The position numbers were made by a program, and so were the translations under genes. Positions 1 through 12,155 of a stretch of DNA of 64,000 bases are shown one piece after another. Origin of the DNA: Eledone cirrhosa (Eukaryota); NCBI GenBank assembly GCA_964016885.1, contig OZ024741.1, positions 177,568,001 to 177,632,000 of the forward strand, written 5' to 3'. Within the stretch, counting starts at the first letter, position 1. Every line of letters starts with the position of its first letter. The notes under the pieces are model-generated. The model made no database searches, was not told the origin of the DNA, and saw only the letters and a list, made by a program, of their open reading frames with translations.

Positions 1-236
1 ACCATACGTAAATGACAAGATATGATGCGTATTCACAAAAGTTTTGAAATAAGAATAAGATTTAAAAACGTGATTTAGATTTGATATATTACAAAAAAGA
101 ATGTTTTCCAATTTTTCATCCATTACATTTTACATTGTGTAATATTGAAATGCAGAGTTTTTCTCCATAAATTATATCAATGATTTAAAATCAATCATCA
201 TTTTATTACAAAAACAAGGCGCGGGTAATTTGGCTA

Positions 237-298
<62 letters not shown>

Positions 299-329
299 GG
301 AGAGAGAGAGAGAGAGAGGGGGGGTCAGA

Positions 330-2560
330 TAGATATGACGTTCGTACGTATGATATCTGACTGCGAACATGAACGCTTCTCCAGGTCAACAAAAGCATCA
401 GAAGCTTTAGGCAAGCACTAGTTATCATAGGATTTGCTGGTTCTAGAGAGAGTACTATTTATGCAGGGGAACCTATCAAAAATGTTCAATATTTTCCGTT
501 TGACAGCTAGTACGTTGGAATATATAATATTCCGGATGCATGCTGGTACATCACCACTGTCGTTTTCAGGCTGATTGTCAGCACAAACTCATCACAAACT
601 GCCGAGGAATAATTCATTAGAGGTTGAAGTTTTTCTTTCATTTGCCAAACAAGATCACAGTTGTCTGCATAAATACGATTATGGATCAGTGCAATATGTG
701 TTTTTGATTCCACAAGAACTCGACGCATGTTCAAGATCCTTCCTATTGTTTGATAACGTATCTACAGTATATGCCAATATCAGTGGTGGTGAATGCTTTA
801 CAAACGTCAGCTGCAAAGATGGCAAACTAAATCTTTCTCTTCTGAGTAGATTTCCCGGAGTTCACCACTGATGGAAACCCATGCACTCATGTCATCCAAT
901 TAACGTATAATGCCCGTAAACTTCTCAGGGGTAGCCAACGTCAAGGGTTTACTCCAAGACGCTAGCCTATTGACTATGCCAAAGTTTGCTGAAATCAATA
1001 ATTCAATTGTACAGTTCAAACTGTAGCTTCCTACACTTCTCCTGGCGCGCAGTGAAGATCGTATCTGCAGTGTACCGATATGGACAGAATGTTAGATGCA
1101 ACGTGATTCAGCACACGGTTAAGAAGAACTTTGACAAAGATTTTACCAACAATTGATTGTAAAGCAATCACACAGTAATTGTCTCTAACTCTTTTACTTC
1201 TCCTCTTGAAGACGCAACCAAAAAGGGTATCTTTCCGTTCCTGTGATACAGCATCTTTCAGCCTCATATTTCAGTTACTATACCATGTTTTAGGGGCGCT
1301 TTGCCAGTGATCATTTGTCTCACTGCTGTGAGGATGCTCAAGCTTGATAATGATGTGCGAGGTGTCACAAGGTCTCAATCACGCCGGAATTCATGAGTGA
1401 TGCGTGCCTTAAGGTATAATTAAAGTGTTGGCACCATTTGCTTTGATTCCATTAGGCTTACGCAATGCATTGTTTCCATTCCATGACCGTAGTGAGACAA
1501 AAATGTGTTATGTGTGCCATATAATGTGCACAGTACGTGATATAATGATTTCGCATCTTACTTTTGTGCCGAGGATGGTGAGGCTCTTCATTGCACCACT
1601 ATGAATCTTTTGCTGGTCGGAGTGCACGCTACACATGCACCCTACATTCTTTGAAAGCTTTCTATAGCTGAAGCTTTTCTACACCTTCCTTAGAGAAGGG
1701 CAAAAAACATCTCCAGTCAGATTTTATGTTCCCTTACTAAGTTTTTCTACTAGTCATTCATTTGCAATAAACCATTACTGACTTTTTTCCCTGCATATGG
1801 CTTGTCCACTGCCTCATTAAGTTATTTTCTGATGAAAGGCATGCGTCTGACTTCACTTTGCTTAATTGTTTCTTGAAAATTCTTTCGCTTTTCTGGGCAA
1901 GCCAATTATGAGAGGCTTATATGTTACTGCATCCTGACAACGCCCCGTTTCATATTTTCCCGAACAGGAACACGGAGTATTACTCATAGGAGAGGGTAGT
2001 CGGCCCAACACTATGCCACTCATATACAACGGATAGGTATGAAAGCCTACTTATAATTATGACTTGCAATCACTTAGTGAAAGATATGTGGACGGCGTGA
2101 AGGTGGGTGCATCCATGACTCTTTGTACTTGTTCTTTTGTATGTGCTTCCTATGACAGATCACATTCCTGCTGGCACACCTGCAAATTTCTCATTCCATG
2201 ACGATGTATGCTGATACATATAGTAGAGTTACATCTCAAATGAGCATTCAATTCACCGAACAATAGACGTTTGTCATCCCTATTCATATTTTTTAAGACT
2301 AGGGAGGTTCTTAGAGCAGCACCGACTCCAGCTTCACAACATTCATTTTTAGCCGACCGTTGTAAAATATGTTGTATCCTGTGTCTGATTCCTCTAGTTG
2401 GCCACACTCAGGGAACCATGTTTCTGACATAGAGTGTCAATATCTAGTTGATACCAATGGAATTCATTACATATATGAGTAGTTCGAAGTACAGGATGAT
2501 TTGAGCCTGGTAAATCCAATAGCGTGCGCATATTCCAGAACGCAGTTTTCAAAGATTTCA
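330..2560 (-). mobile_element. Highly degenerate RTE-clade LINE (APE + RT remnants)
   Basis: Minus-strand fragments: TAFWNMRTLLDLPGSNHP (RTE APE N-terminus, WNVRTLLD-like), RDNYCVIALQSIVGKIFVKVLLNRV (RT NYRGISLL-like), IYADNCDLV...FVLTISLKTTVVMYQ (YADD region). Many stops and frameshifts; ends approximate. Confidence 0.8.
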
Positions 2561-3154
2561 TTGAACATATATTCTTTTCATAGTTTGTTTTATTAATCAT
2601 TTATTTTCATTACAACAATTTTTCCAGCATAAATGAACAGCTGCCAGCCAGGGGTTGCATGCCAGACTAGATAATAGCAAGCTTTGTTTAGACCACATTT
2701 TCAAAGTCGAAAAAGTGATAAGATTCATGTTTTATCAGCTATGAACAATTGGATTATTCACTAAATTTAGATAATTCCGGCTATTTGAATAAAAAGCAGT
2801 CTCATAAACATTTTTTTTTTAAATTCTATTTAGGAGGATTAAACAATTTTCCAAACATAGAAATATCCTATACTTGTATTAAACAAATAAACTCCTGCTC
2901 TGTTCGTAAACGAAAAATATAATACGATAACAGTAGAATTTTATTTTGCCGATATCAAGAGAATCCCGAGGAAAAACTTGCATTTTTCAAACTTATTGTT
3001 TTTCTTTAATTCATAGTTATGTAGCTTCTTTTTTTATCGATGAGATATTTTCTTAAGGGAACACTTCTTTTATATAAGATCAACAAACTTAACCAAAGAT
3101 ATTTACCCTTTTCCTTATTGGCATCAATAATTTCCCGTTTTCTTTCATTATCTT

Positions 3155-3338
3155 GGATGAATTGGCAGTATTGGTAGAGAGTCAGACATGCTTTCCAGCG
3201 TAGTTACGTCCCTTTACGATCTGAGTTCAAATCCTGCCGAGGTTAACTTTGCCTTTTATCCTTAAGGGGTCGATAAAATAAAGTACCAGTAATAGACTGG
3301 GTTATTGCTGACCTTGTGCCAAAAGTAGAAACAATTAT
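3155..3338 (+). mobile_element. tRNA-derived SINE (octopus-type)
   Basis: A-box-like TGGCAGTATTGG, B-box GAGTTCAAATCC, core ctttgccttttatccttaaggggtcgataaaataaagtaccag, 3' end gtgccaaaagtagaaacaattat; five further copies in the window. Confidence 0.85.
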
Positions 3339-3901
3339 CTTGGACCTGGGAAAGACAAATTTGTTTATCTTTGAATGTTAGAACTCTGTGAACTGTACAT
3401 TTATGAAATCTCTTCATTTAATTTCATGCCTACGTTCGGTTGTTGGCATAGGTTCAACGATTCACTAGATTACTATTTAAATGTAAAATGTTGAAAAGGT
3501 AAATTCAATAGATTTATTGTGCTAGTTGCCAGGATGATCAATAACATGTCGCGCTATTAAAAGTGTGTGGCTTTAACGAGGAAGCATCATAACAGTCGTT
3601 AGTATAACTACAAATAGTAACAACTGAAATGTTCCAACATATCACACCATACGTAATAACACTTTCAACAATGTAGATCGGGATAGTTACGGCTTGTATG
3701 CTTTTGATCATAGGTTTACTTCGTCGTGATGAGCTTGACCCTAAACAATAATTGTTTCTAATTTAGGCACAAGTTAAAAACAACCGAGAAAAAAAGCCTC
3801 TATTGCACAGACCTGCCAATCTCTAAAAACCGAAACGGGGAGTACCATGAAAAATTGTGCCCCAGAAAATGGAGAAGTGAGGCAAAAGGGAGAGACATTA
3901 C

Positions 3902-4088
3902 ATAATTGTTTCTACTTTTGGCACAAGGCCAGCAATTATCCCAGTACATTACTGGTACTTTATTTTATCGACCCCGTAAGGATGAAAGGCAAAGTAAACC
4001 TCGGCGGGAATTGAACTCAGATTGTAAAGGGACGTAACTATGCTGGAAAGCATATCCTACCCTCTACCAATACTGCCAATTCACCGCC
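3902..4088 (-). mobile_element. tRNA-derived SINE, same family, inverted relative to 3155-3338
   Basis: Reverse complement of the same consensus (ataattgtttctacttttggcacaagg...ctgccaattcaccgcc). Confidence 0.85.
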
Positions 4089-4806
4089 TTACCATTACAT
4101 AATGAAAGCTATACCCATTTTCGCAACAGAAAACATAACTCACCCAACTACAGGTCTGATTACTTTGACACCAGAAATTAGCTGATACTTTATTTTATTG
4201 AGCGCACTGGTATGGGTGTCAAAAAGACATCGATTGGATTTGAACCCTTGAATGTAATTAGCTGGAGAAAACTTACGTTTATTTCAATCCACCGAAAAAT
4301 CACAACAAAAATACACCACAATATGGTCTCAACTACAAATCCAATACCAATTTTTGACTCAAGCAACATTCAAGCGTTATGAAAGTACACACTGCAACTT
4401 CATTTGACGGTGATAGACTTGCATATTTAACGGCTGACCTGTTAGCTTATACTAAACTCACATTTCTACTATAAATATGTTAAAGAAAATAAAAGGTTCG
4501 AGAACGCACTCTGTTGTCCTCTGCCATTAAATCCTAAGACCGACGAACTAAATGATTGTAAAAAAAATAGCACAGATACTAATCGCTTTTACAATAGTAA
4601 ATTAACCAACATAAACAATATTGAATAATTTATTTTCTACCAGACAAAAATACTGGTATTACGTAATGTAATGTAATGTAGTGACGCACGAACGTTACTC
4701 ATAAATCCACATAATTACACACATAATTCACACACACACCCATGCGCACACACATATATACACACATATGTCTATCTCTATAAATGTGTATTTACATATA
4801 GATATA

Positions 4807-4931
<125 letters not shown>

Positions 4932-4984
4932 GTGTGTGTCTGTGGGTGTGTGTGTGTATGTGTGTATGTGTGTATATGTATATA

Positions 4985-5176
4985 TAGAAAAATGTGTGAT
5001 CCTGACGGCTGAGGTCAAGCCGTTTCGACGGCTATGTCCAGAAATAGCTGTCGAAATGGCTTGAGCTCTGCCGTCGGGGTCACACATTTTCCTATTACCC
5101 ACTCTACTACCCCAAGTATTGAGTACTCTGGTGCGTTGTGGTCCATCTGGTTCCTTACCACAACTCCTTCGTTATA
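4985..5176 (+). mobile_element. Short pLTR-like element family A: fold-back palindrome carrying the 3' half of a hammerhead
   Basis: Palindrome 4985-5094 with apex gtccagaa; arms read GTC-GAAA(C/T)-GGCT-tgagctc-(A/T)GCC-GTC; shared tail cctattacccactctactaccccaagtattgagtactctggtgcg; flanked by (TA)n; related copies at 14457, 26311, 50751, 54010. Confidence 0.7.
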
Positions 5177-5348
5177 TATATGTCGGTTGGTATGGGGAAA
5201 TATATATATATATATATAAATATATATATATATATTTTCAACTGTGAACAATTTGTCAGCATTTTCTATTCCGTTTACCAATATATAATATCTTGTGTGT
5301 TACACCTCTATTCTTTTAACTATCATATCCTCACACGAGATACAGAAA

Positions 5349-6514
5349 ATGCCAACAAAAACGGATACAACCCTCATCAACTCAAATGAAGAGATCCTAC
5401 AGGAACTCAAGAAAATCAACACCAACCTATCTTTGCTGGTCGACAAACTTGACTCCACAAATAAGGAAACCGCCACCGGATACAAACCCTCCGAAATCGG
5501 CGACAAACTCCAAAACCTTTGCGATACTATCCAAACTATGTTCACTACTACCAACCCAGGAAAACCCAACGAAGAACCATGTGAGATTGATTCACACAAA
5601 ATGAAAATTCGAACAATTCCAAAATGGAACAAATCCCTCAGAGACAGAAAGTTCTCATTCTGGAAGATGATACAAAATCACAACAAAGCAGAGATATATG
5701 AAAAATGGCTTAACTCAACCCCTCTAACTCTCCCCCGTAAACTACAAAAAAAGTCCATTCCAAATGAACCCGAACCTCAAAGACACCTTAGGGAAAGAAT
5801 GGCATTGGAAGAAATGAAGACAGAAATTGAACTTCTTAAACTGAGGGCCCAGACAAATGAGGAAAGAATCAAAACCATCGATGAAGAGATCCTCCTGAAA
5901 ATCAACAACAAAACTGAAGGCCCCAAGGTAGAGAAGATCTCCAAATTATGGAAAGGGGACTGCAACAGAGAAGAACTGAAATCCCTTCAACGCTGGGAAA
6001 AAAGTGCCGCTTGGTTCCTACACTATGAATGGACTTTTCAAACGGATTACACCTCCAATAATCCGTTCATAAAAATAGGAAAACCCATAACTGAACCGCA
6101 CAACAACTTCTCAAACCCCCAAGCCTCAAACAAACGAAGAAGGAAGCACCACACCGAAGATGAACTTCCCTAACTCGCTACCATAAGAAGGAACAAAAAC
6201 CCAAGAAATCATCTCCCCCAGAATGACATTTACAACTTTCCCCCTTCAAGGAGACACCATACCAAATCACTCAACTACTACGCGGATTCCTCATCGTCAA
6301 ACATAGGCAAAAGATACCACCGCCATGATAGATGCAACAACTTCCCCGCTTCAAGGGGACTCTCAACTCTCACTTCCACAATACACAACAAACCCACACC
6401 ACACGATACAACCAACAACGTAGGCCACTTATAACACCACAATACATCAGCAGACAACCCCTCTACCCCAACCATTTTTTAGACACAGCACACAGATACA
6501 GGCAAACAAAATAA
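5349..6514 (+). pseudogene. PLE upstream ORF1 (helical / coiled-coil-like N-part, basic low-complexity C-part), disrupted
   Basis: ATG at 5349 (MPTKTD...), E/K/L-rich segments (LEEMKTEIELLKLRAQTNEERIK), TAA at 6171. Reading continues and shifts frame into ...PNHFLDTAHRYRQTK* (6514). Joining the pieces into one ORF is inference. Confidence 0.6.
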
Positions 6515-8799
6515 CACAAGACAGGGAGGAGAAACCGATAGTAATAAAAATTATCAATCTTACTAGTGCAGAACCAACACCCAACCTTATCAACTTACTC
6601 TCCAAAGGTCTTAAATTCACACCGACCCCACTACGTCCTAACTACTATGAAATGAAGGAAGACATCACAGACTTCTGTAGAAAGTTACGACTTAGTGAAC
6701 AACTATTCGACCAGTACAATGAGGATGAATCATTAGCCAGAAATAGAAGCAATTACACCCCTTCAAAAGGTAGAAATAAAATCCTGGACGAATTCTGTGA
6801 ACACATCACAAACTTCCCTTACCAACACTTGCACAGACAAAAACACATGCCAAACCTCAACAAGAAAGAATGGGAAGAATTAAATAGATTAAAAACCGAC
6901 AGAACCATTACAATTAAAGAGGCTGATAAAGGGAGTACAGTAGTCCTAATGGAGACAGAATTCTATATCAACTTAGCGCTCTCCACTTTGGAAAACGAAA
7001 CATACTACGAAAAGGCTGAACACTAAAATCAACGGAAAATTATGAGAAACCTAAAAACTCTAATCAACCAATACAAAGAAGGACTCACTAACAAGGAAAT
7101 CAGCTTCATCACAGACTTCACAAGTAAATCCAGCCTTTTCTACGGTATCCCTAAAGTACATAAAAGCGAATCAATCAGTAAGGCATGCAAGGAAGCCACA
7201 GACATAGTCATCAATGTCCCCTCACCCAATGATCTCAAATTAAGACCTATAATAGCAGGCCCCGCTTGCGAAACGCACCGTCTTAGCAACTTCATTGATA
7301 CCCTTCTCAAACCCTTCCTCAAGCACATCAAAAGCTATATAAGGGACGACCTAGATATGCTCAATCACCTCCCTAATATGCCACTTTCTGAACAAACCCT
7401 ACTAGTGACGTTCGATGTAGTCAACCTATACTCCAACATCCCCCACAACCTAGGAATAGAAGCTATCCAATTCTGGCTGGATAATTTCCACAATGAACTC
7501 CCACGACGCATCAAAAAAGAATTCGTGATAGAAGGACTCAAATTTATCTTGGAGAACAATTACTTCGTTTTCAATAACAAACCCTACAGGCAGAAATCTG
7601 GGACCGCTATGGGAACGAAAACAGCCCCTACTTATGCCAACCTAGTCATGGGATACCTGGAAATCACCCTCTACACTAAAGTCCTAAACAAATTTGGAAA
7701 CACCCTCCACTTACACATTGAAAGGAACTGGAAGCGATATCTAGATGACTGCTACATCCTTTGGCACGAAAACATCGAAAAAGTTAAAGAATTTCACACC
7801 CTTATAAATGGGCTCAACACAAATATTAACTTCACGATGGAATACAGCCATCAACAACTCCCCTTCCTCGACATCCTCATTAAGATCCATAACAAAAAAA
7901 TAGAAACAGACATATACTACAAGCCCACAGACTCCAAGCAATATCTCCCCTTCAACTCTTGCCACCCTAGACACGTTAAAATTAATATTCCCTACAACTT
8001 AGCCAAGAGAATCTGTACTATAGTCTCCAATAAAAACATCTGCTACTTACGGCTACAAGAACTAAAGGACACACTCATAGGCAGGGACTACCCTGCATCA
8101 CTAATTGACAATGGAATCCAACGTGCCCTAAAACACAGTACCCAGGACCTTAGACACCCAAAAGTAAATCAACCAAAACTAAAAGCTCTTCCATACATCT
8201 CCACACACAACCCCCTCAACAATGAGGCCTTTGACACCATCCTCCAGAACATCCCTGTATTGAAAAAGGACCATAGAATGAACCAAATTCTACGAACACA
8301 CGATATCATAAAGAGCAAAATACAATCCAAGTCAATGAAAAACATCTTAACACATGCCAAAGTACTGCCAACCACAACAACGAAACCCACAGTAAAAAAA
8401 TGCGATAGACCCAACTGTGGCATTTGCATCAACCTAATAGAGGGTTCGGAATTCTATTTCAAAGATGGACAACGTTTTATAGTAAAACACAATTTCACAT
8501 GTGCATCGGAAAATCTAATATATGTATTAACTTGTTCAGGTTGTCGAGAACAATACATAGGCCAGACCAAAAACAGCCTCCGCCAACGCATGACTGTCCA
8601 TAGATCCCAAATTAAAATACGGGAATACAGGAAAATACCACTGAGTGAACACATTGATACCTGTGCCGCCCAAAATCATCCCAACTTCAGAATCTTTCCC
8701 CTATACAAATTTAAAGATAATGCCACGCACACCCAGCGCATCAGCAAGGAATCTTACTTCATTAACAAATACGGACCCCGTTTAAACACTTCTCCCTAA
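6424..8799 (+). pseudogene. PLE reverse transcriptase + C-terminal GIY-YIG endonuclease (one in-frame stop at 7024-7026)
   Basis: IINLT...LLSKGLKFTPTP, ADKG, FYGIPKVHK, LRPII, TFDVVNLYSNIP, GTAMGT, RYLDD, LPFLD, SCHP, linker KCDRPNCGIC, NLIYVLTCSGCREQYIGQT, RQRMTVH, E-SYFI. The frame is open from 6424 with first ATG only at 6652. Confidence 0.92.
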
Positions 8800-9494
8800 G
8801 ACGAACCCACAACATACACACGTCAACATACATACCTACATCAGCACACATCTCTACCCACATATAAACACAATGACACACGTAAACACACATGCTCTAT
8901 GGTGCAATACAAAAAAATATATGTGCATATATATGTATGTATATGTGTATATATATATATATGTAGTGAATATATGTATGTGTATATATATATAGTGAAT
9001 ATCATTTCACACCTTTTATTGTTAAGATTTTTGATGTTCTCTTGAGAGAACCGATTTTACTGAAAATATCGAATAATGTACACCATTTTACCAGGGGGAA
9101 AAAATACTGCCCCCCCCCCCCCACACACACACATATATATACACAAACACATACACACGCGTACATCAACATACAAAGAGACTTATACACACACACACTT
9201 CTCCGTATAAGACAAAAGCTGAAAAATATCTTTTGACACATTCTTACTGACCATCGAATTACTCTGCTATACACCTACACACACACACACACTTATCTTA
9301 ATAGCCATTTGACACACATCGCTGCTGGCCATTGTCGCAGCATCGAACACCTTACTACTACTACTACACACACACACACACACCCACACACATACACACA
9401 CACATACACACACACACACACACACACGCACACACACACACACACACACATACACACACACACACATATTTGTTGTGAAAGAGTCATTTCTCAA

Positions 9495-9720
9495 TCTTGG
9501 CGCAAAACCAATTTTTTATCCACATGATCTCTACCGACCAATCAAAATTGTTTTGACCAAGAATTTTTGCTGGAGCCACTTTTTTAACATAAAAACAGTC
9601 TTGGCGCAAAATCAACTTTTTACATTCACATGACCTCTACCGACCAATCAAAATTGTTTTGACCACAAGCATTTTTGCAACACAAAAATAACGCTGGAGC
9701 CACTTTTTAACATAAAAACA
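9495..9720 (+). promoter_or_regulatory. Tandemly duplicated promoter-like module in Neptune 3' pLTR
   Basis: Two units (about 9495-9598, 9599-9720), each with TTGGCGCAAAA (E2F-like), CACATGA, CCAAT (9538, 9644) and CATAAAAA, lying upstream of the HHR-like motif. Function inferred from motifs only. Confidence 0.45.
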
Positions 9721-9781
9721 GGTAGAATTCCCAAAACTAATCAGATCAGAGCAAACAGCACGGAAATCTATCTCAAAATTA

Positions 9782-9818
9782 TTTGTGAAAAGCATTTAGA
9801 AATGCGCAACCGGTAAAA
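9782..9818 (+). ncRNA. Degenerate / variant minimal type I hammerhead in Neptune pLTR
   Basis: TTT-GTGAAAA-GCATT(TAGA)AATGC-GCAA-CCGG-TA-AAA; aligns with the cleaner motif at 58269; GAAA replaced by GCAA, also in the copy at 57407-57454. Confidence 0.55.
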
Positions 9819-9936
9819 ACTTAAAAACTTAAAACCACCACTGAATACTAACCCATACAATCACTAATACTCTTTTATTCCTAATTAAACCAATTTTCAA
9901 CTGTGAACAATTTGTCAGCATTTTCTATTCCGTTTA

Positions 9937-10013
<77 letters not shown>

Positions 10014-10306
10014 TATAAAGTATGTCCATAGAATCATTTGATAATATATATACACCATTTCCTCGCCCAATTAGCATAATTAACACACAAAAATCAATTA
10101 GACCAGGCTATAAGATTAAAAGGCACCTATGAAGAATTAGTAGATAAATAAACAACAGCAATCTCTTCGCGATCAACCGCTATAGAATATTTACCCAACA
10201 TTTCAATAGCACGTGGAAATTGATTAAATATACCCTCAACCATACACAATTAGGTGTAAAATTAAAGTTAGAAGAAAAAGTGCATATACACATACCAGAA
10301 TTACGC

Positions 10307-10436
10307 GAGACTGACATTTATGTAAGATTTATTTCGCAGGTATTCCATTTACGAACAAAGTAAAGTAAAAGTGTTAACATACGTTCTAGTGTATACACCC
10401 AACACATACATGTGTGTATCTCGGTTGGTATGGGAA

Positions 10437-10471
<35 letters not shown>

Positions 10472-10601
10472 TTCCCTATCGAACCGACATACACACATGT
10501 GTGTGTTGTGTGTATACACTAGAACGTATGTTAAGATTTTTACTTTACTTTGTTCGTAAATGGAACACCTGCGAAATAAATCTCACATAAATGTCAGTCT
10601 C
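10307..10601. repeat. Inverted repeat (about 130-bp arms) around a (TA)n spacer
   Basis: gagactgacatttatg...ggttggtatgggaa / (TA)n / ttccctatcgaaccg...cataaatgtcagtctc. The arm terminus also occurs alone at 5181-5200. Confidence 0.85.
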
Positions 10602-12086
10602 TTGTTATAATTCAATTCCTATTATCACATGATATACTCATTTTAAAAAGTGTTTGTCTTTTATGTCTGTATTCCGATCATTCTATTGTCTTTCAGTTCT
10701 CTGTTCTTCTTCTGTCTCTAGTTGCGTTAATATACGTGAACAAACATGTTTTTTCCATTTATGTCTGTGCATATTTTCCACTGCTTTATGGTTTAACTGT
10801 TCTGTTTAGGAGCTTGACGAGTCATCTTAAATATCTGTTTATTCCCTGAAAGTGATATTTTCTACATCGTTATAATGAGATTGTCAGCAAATTTGGGATG
10901 GATGTGAAAGGGCCCAGTACGTGATTGGTACACTATTTTATCGACTTCGGAATTAAGAAATGTAATAGCGCATGTCAGCAATGTTGAAGGAAATCGAAAG
11001 TCAACTGGACTGGTTCACGTATTTAGGTGGTGTTTGTTTTTATCAATCCCAGATGTTTAACAGACAAAGATGACCGTGGTGGGATCTGAATTCTGAACAC
11101 GAATTGCCACTACATACCGCAAAGTATACATTCCAACGTTTCCGTCAATATGAAAGTCAATTAAATCACAGTATTTCGTTATAGCCCCTTGAAGGTTTAA
11201 ACGAAAATTTGATTTCCACAGGGTTTGAAATCCGAAAATTAAGAGACGTAAGGAATACTGAAAGTCATTTTGGACGACATATTTATGCTAATCCTTCTTT
11301 GTAAAAGTAATAAAAAGAAACGCCTCTATAAGAACATTGATTTGAAAAAAGTTAAAATGAATTGTATTCCCATGAATTAAGGCTCTGATTTGAGAATAAT
11401 AGTCAACGCACAAATCCATCATCAGGAGAGATAAATCAGACCGATATTAACGATTGTAACTGTAATCTACTGAAGAAATATGTACACCCATATAATATTG
11501 GTCGACACTTAAAGAAACCTGGACTGTTATTAAAGTCCCAATTATCAATAACGCATTACTGAGTGAAAACAAAGGAAAGCAAAAACAAAAAACCTCAAAA
11601 ATCTCCACAGATTCTCACAAAACAAATATTTAGATTAGTCATGTTATATGTTTTTGGCATTTTCTTACAAGGCCATCATGGATAACTACGCAGATCAACT
11701 CTGAAATCTAAAACATGTTTGTCAGTTAACATAATCCAAGACGGAATTAAGGAAAAGTATTGAAAAAAAATAAAAGAAACAAGAGAGTTTTCTTTGGGTC
11801 TATGTTAGGAAATCTGAACAAATCACACTATGAATCATTGGAGAAATGTGTTAAGAAGGATCAAAGCTACAGGGACATAATGCAAGAAATATCGATTATT
11901 CAATTACAGTTATCCGTAAAAATGTTAAATATGTATTTTTATATTTAAATCTAAGTACAGAATATAAATTAAATTCAATAAAACATTGATTATATTTTTA
12001 TCTTAAAAACAAACAACATAAAATTGTTTAAGTATACAATCTTAAATCCTTGTTGTGTACACATGTGTAAGAATATATCTTTGTAC

Positions 12087-12155
<69 letters not shown>

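Larger units (their letters stand above)
5236..9940 (+). mobile_element. Penelope-like retroelement, Neptune-type, near full length, inserted in (TA)n
   Basis: Direct terminal repeat ttttcaactgtgaacaatttgtcagcattttctattccgtttaccaa at about 5236-5281 and 9894-9940 (pseudo-LTR); RT + GIY-YIG ORF with Cys-rich linker; (TA)n on both sides. Confidence 0.9.

Noticed and set aside
3155-3260. tRNA gene
   Set aside because: A/B boxes belong to a multi-copy SINE head; no cloverleaf.
6171-7026. In-frame stops in PLE ORFs as selenocysteine or readthrough recoding
   Set aside because: The stops at 6171, 7024, 41917 and 62577 are TAA, not TGA at Cys positions; ordinary decay or sequencing error is simpler.
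11400-11430. CTGATGA on the minus strand (also 1829, 28035, 34633, 46505)
   Set aside because: No helix II + GAAA + helix I arrangement found; expected by chance.
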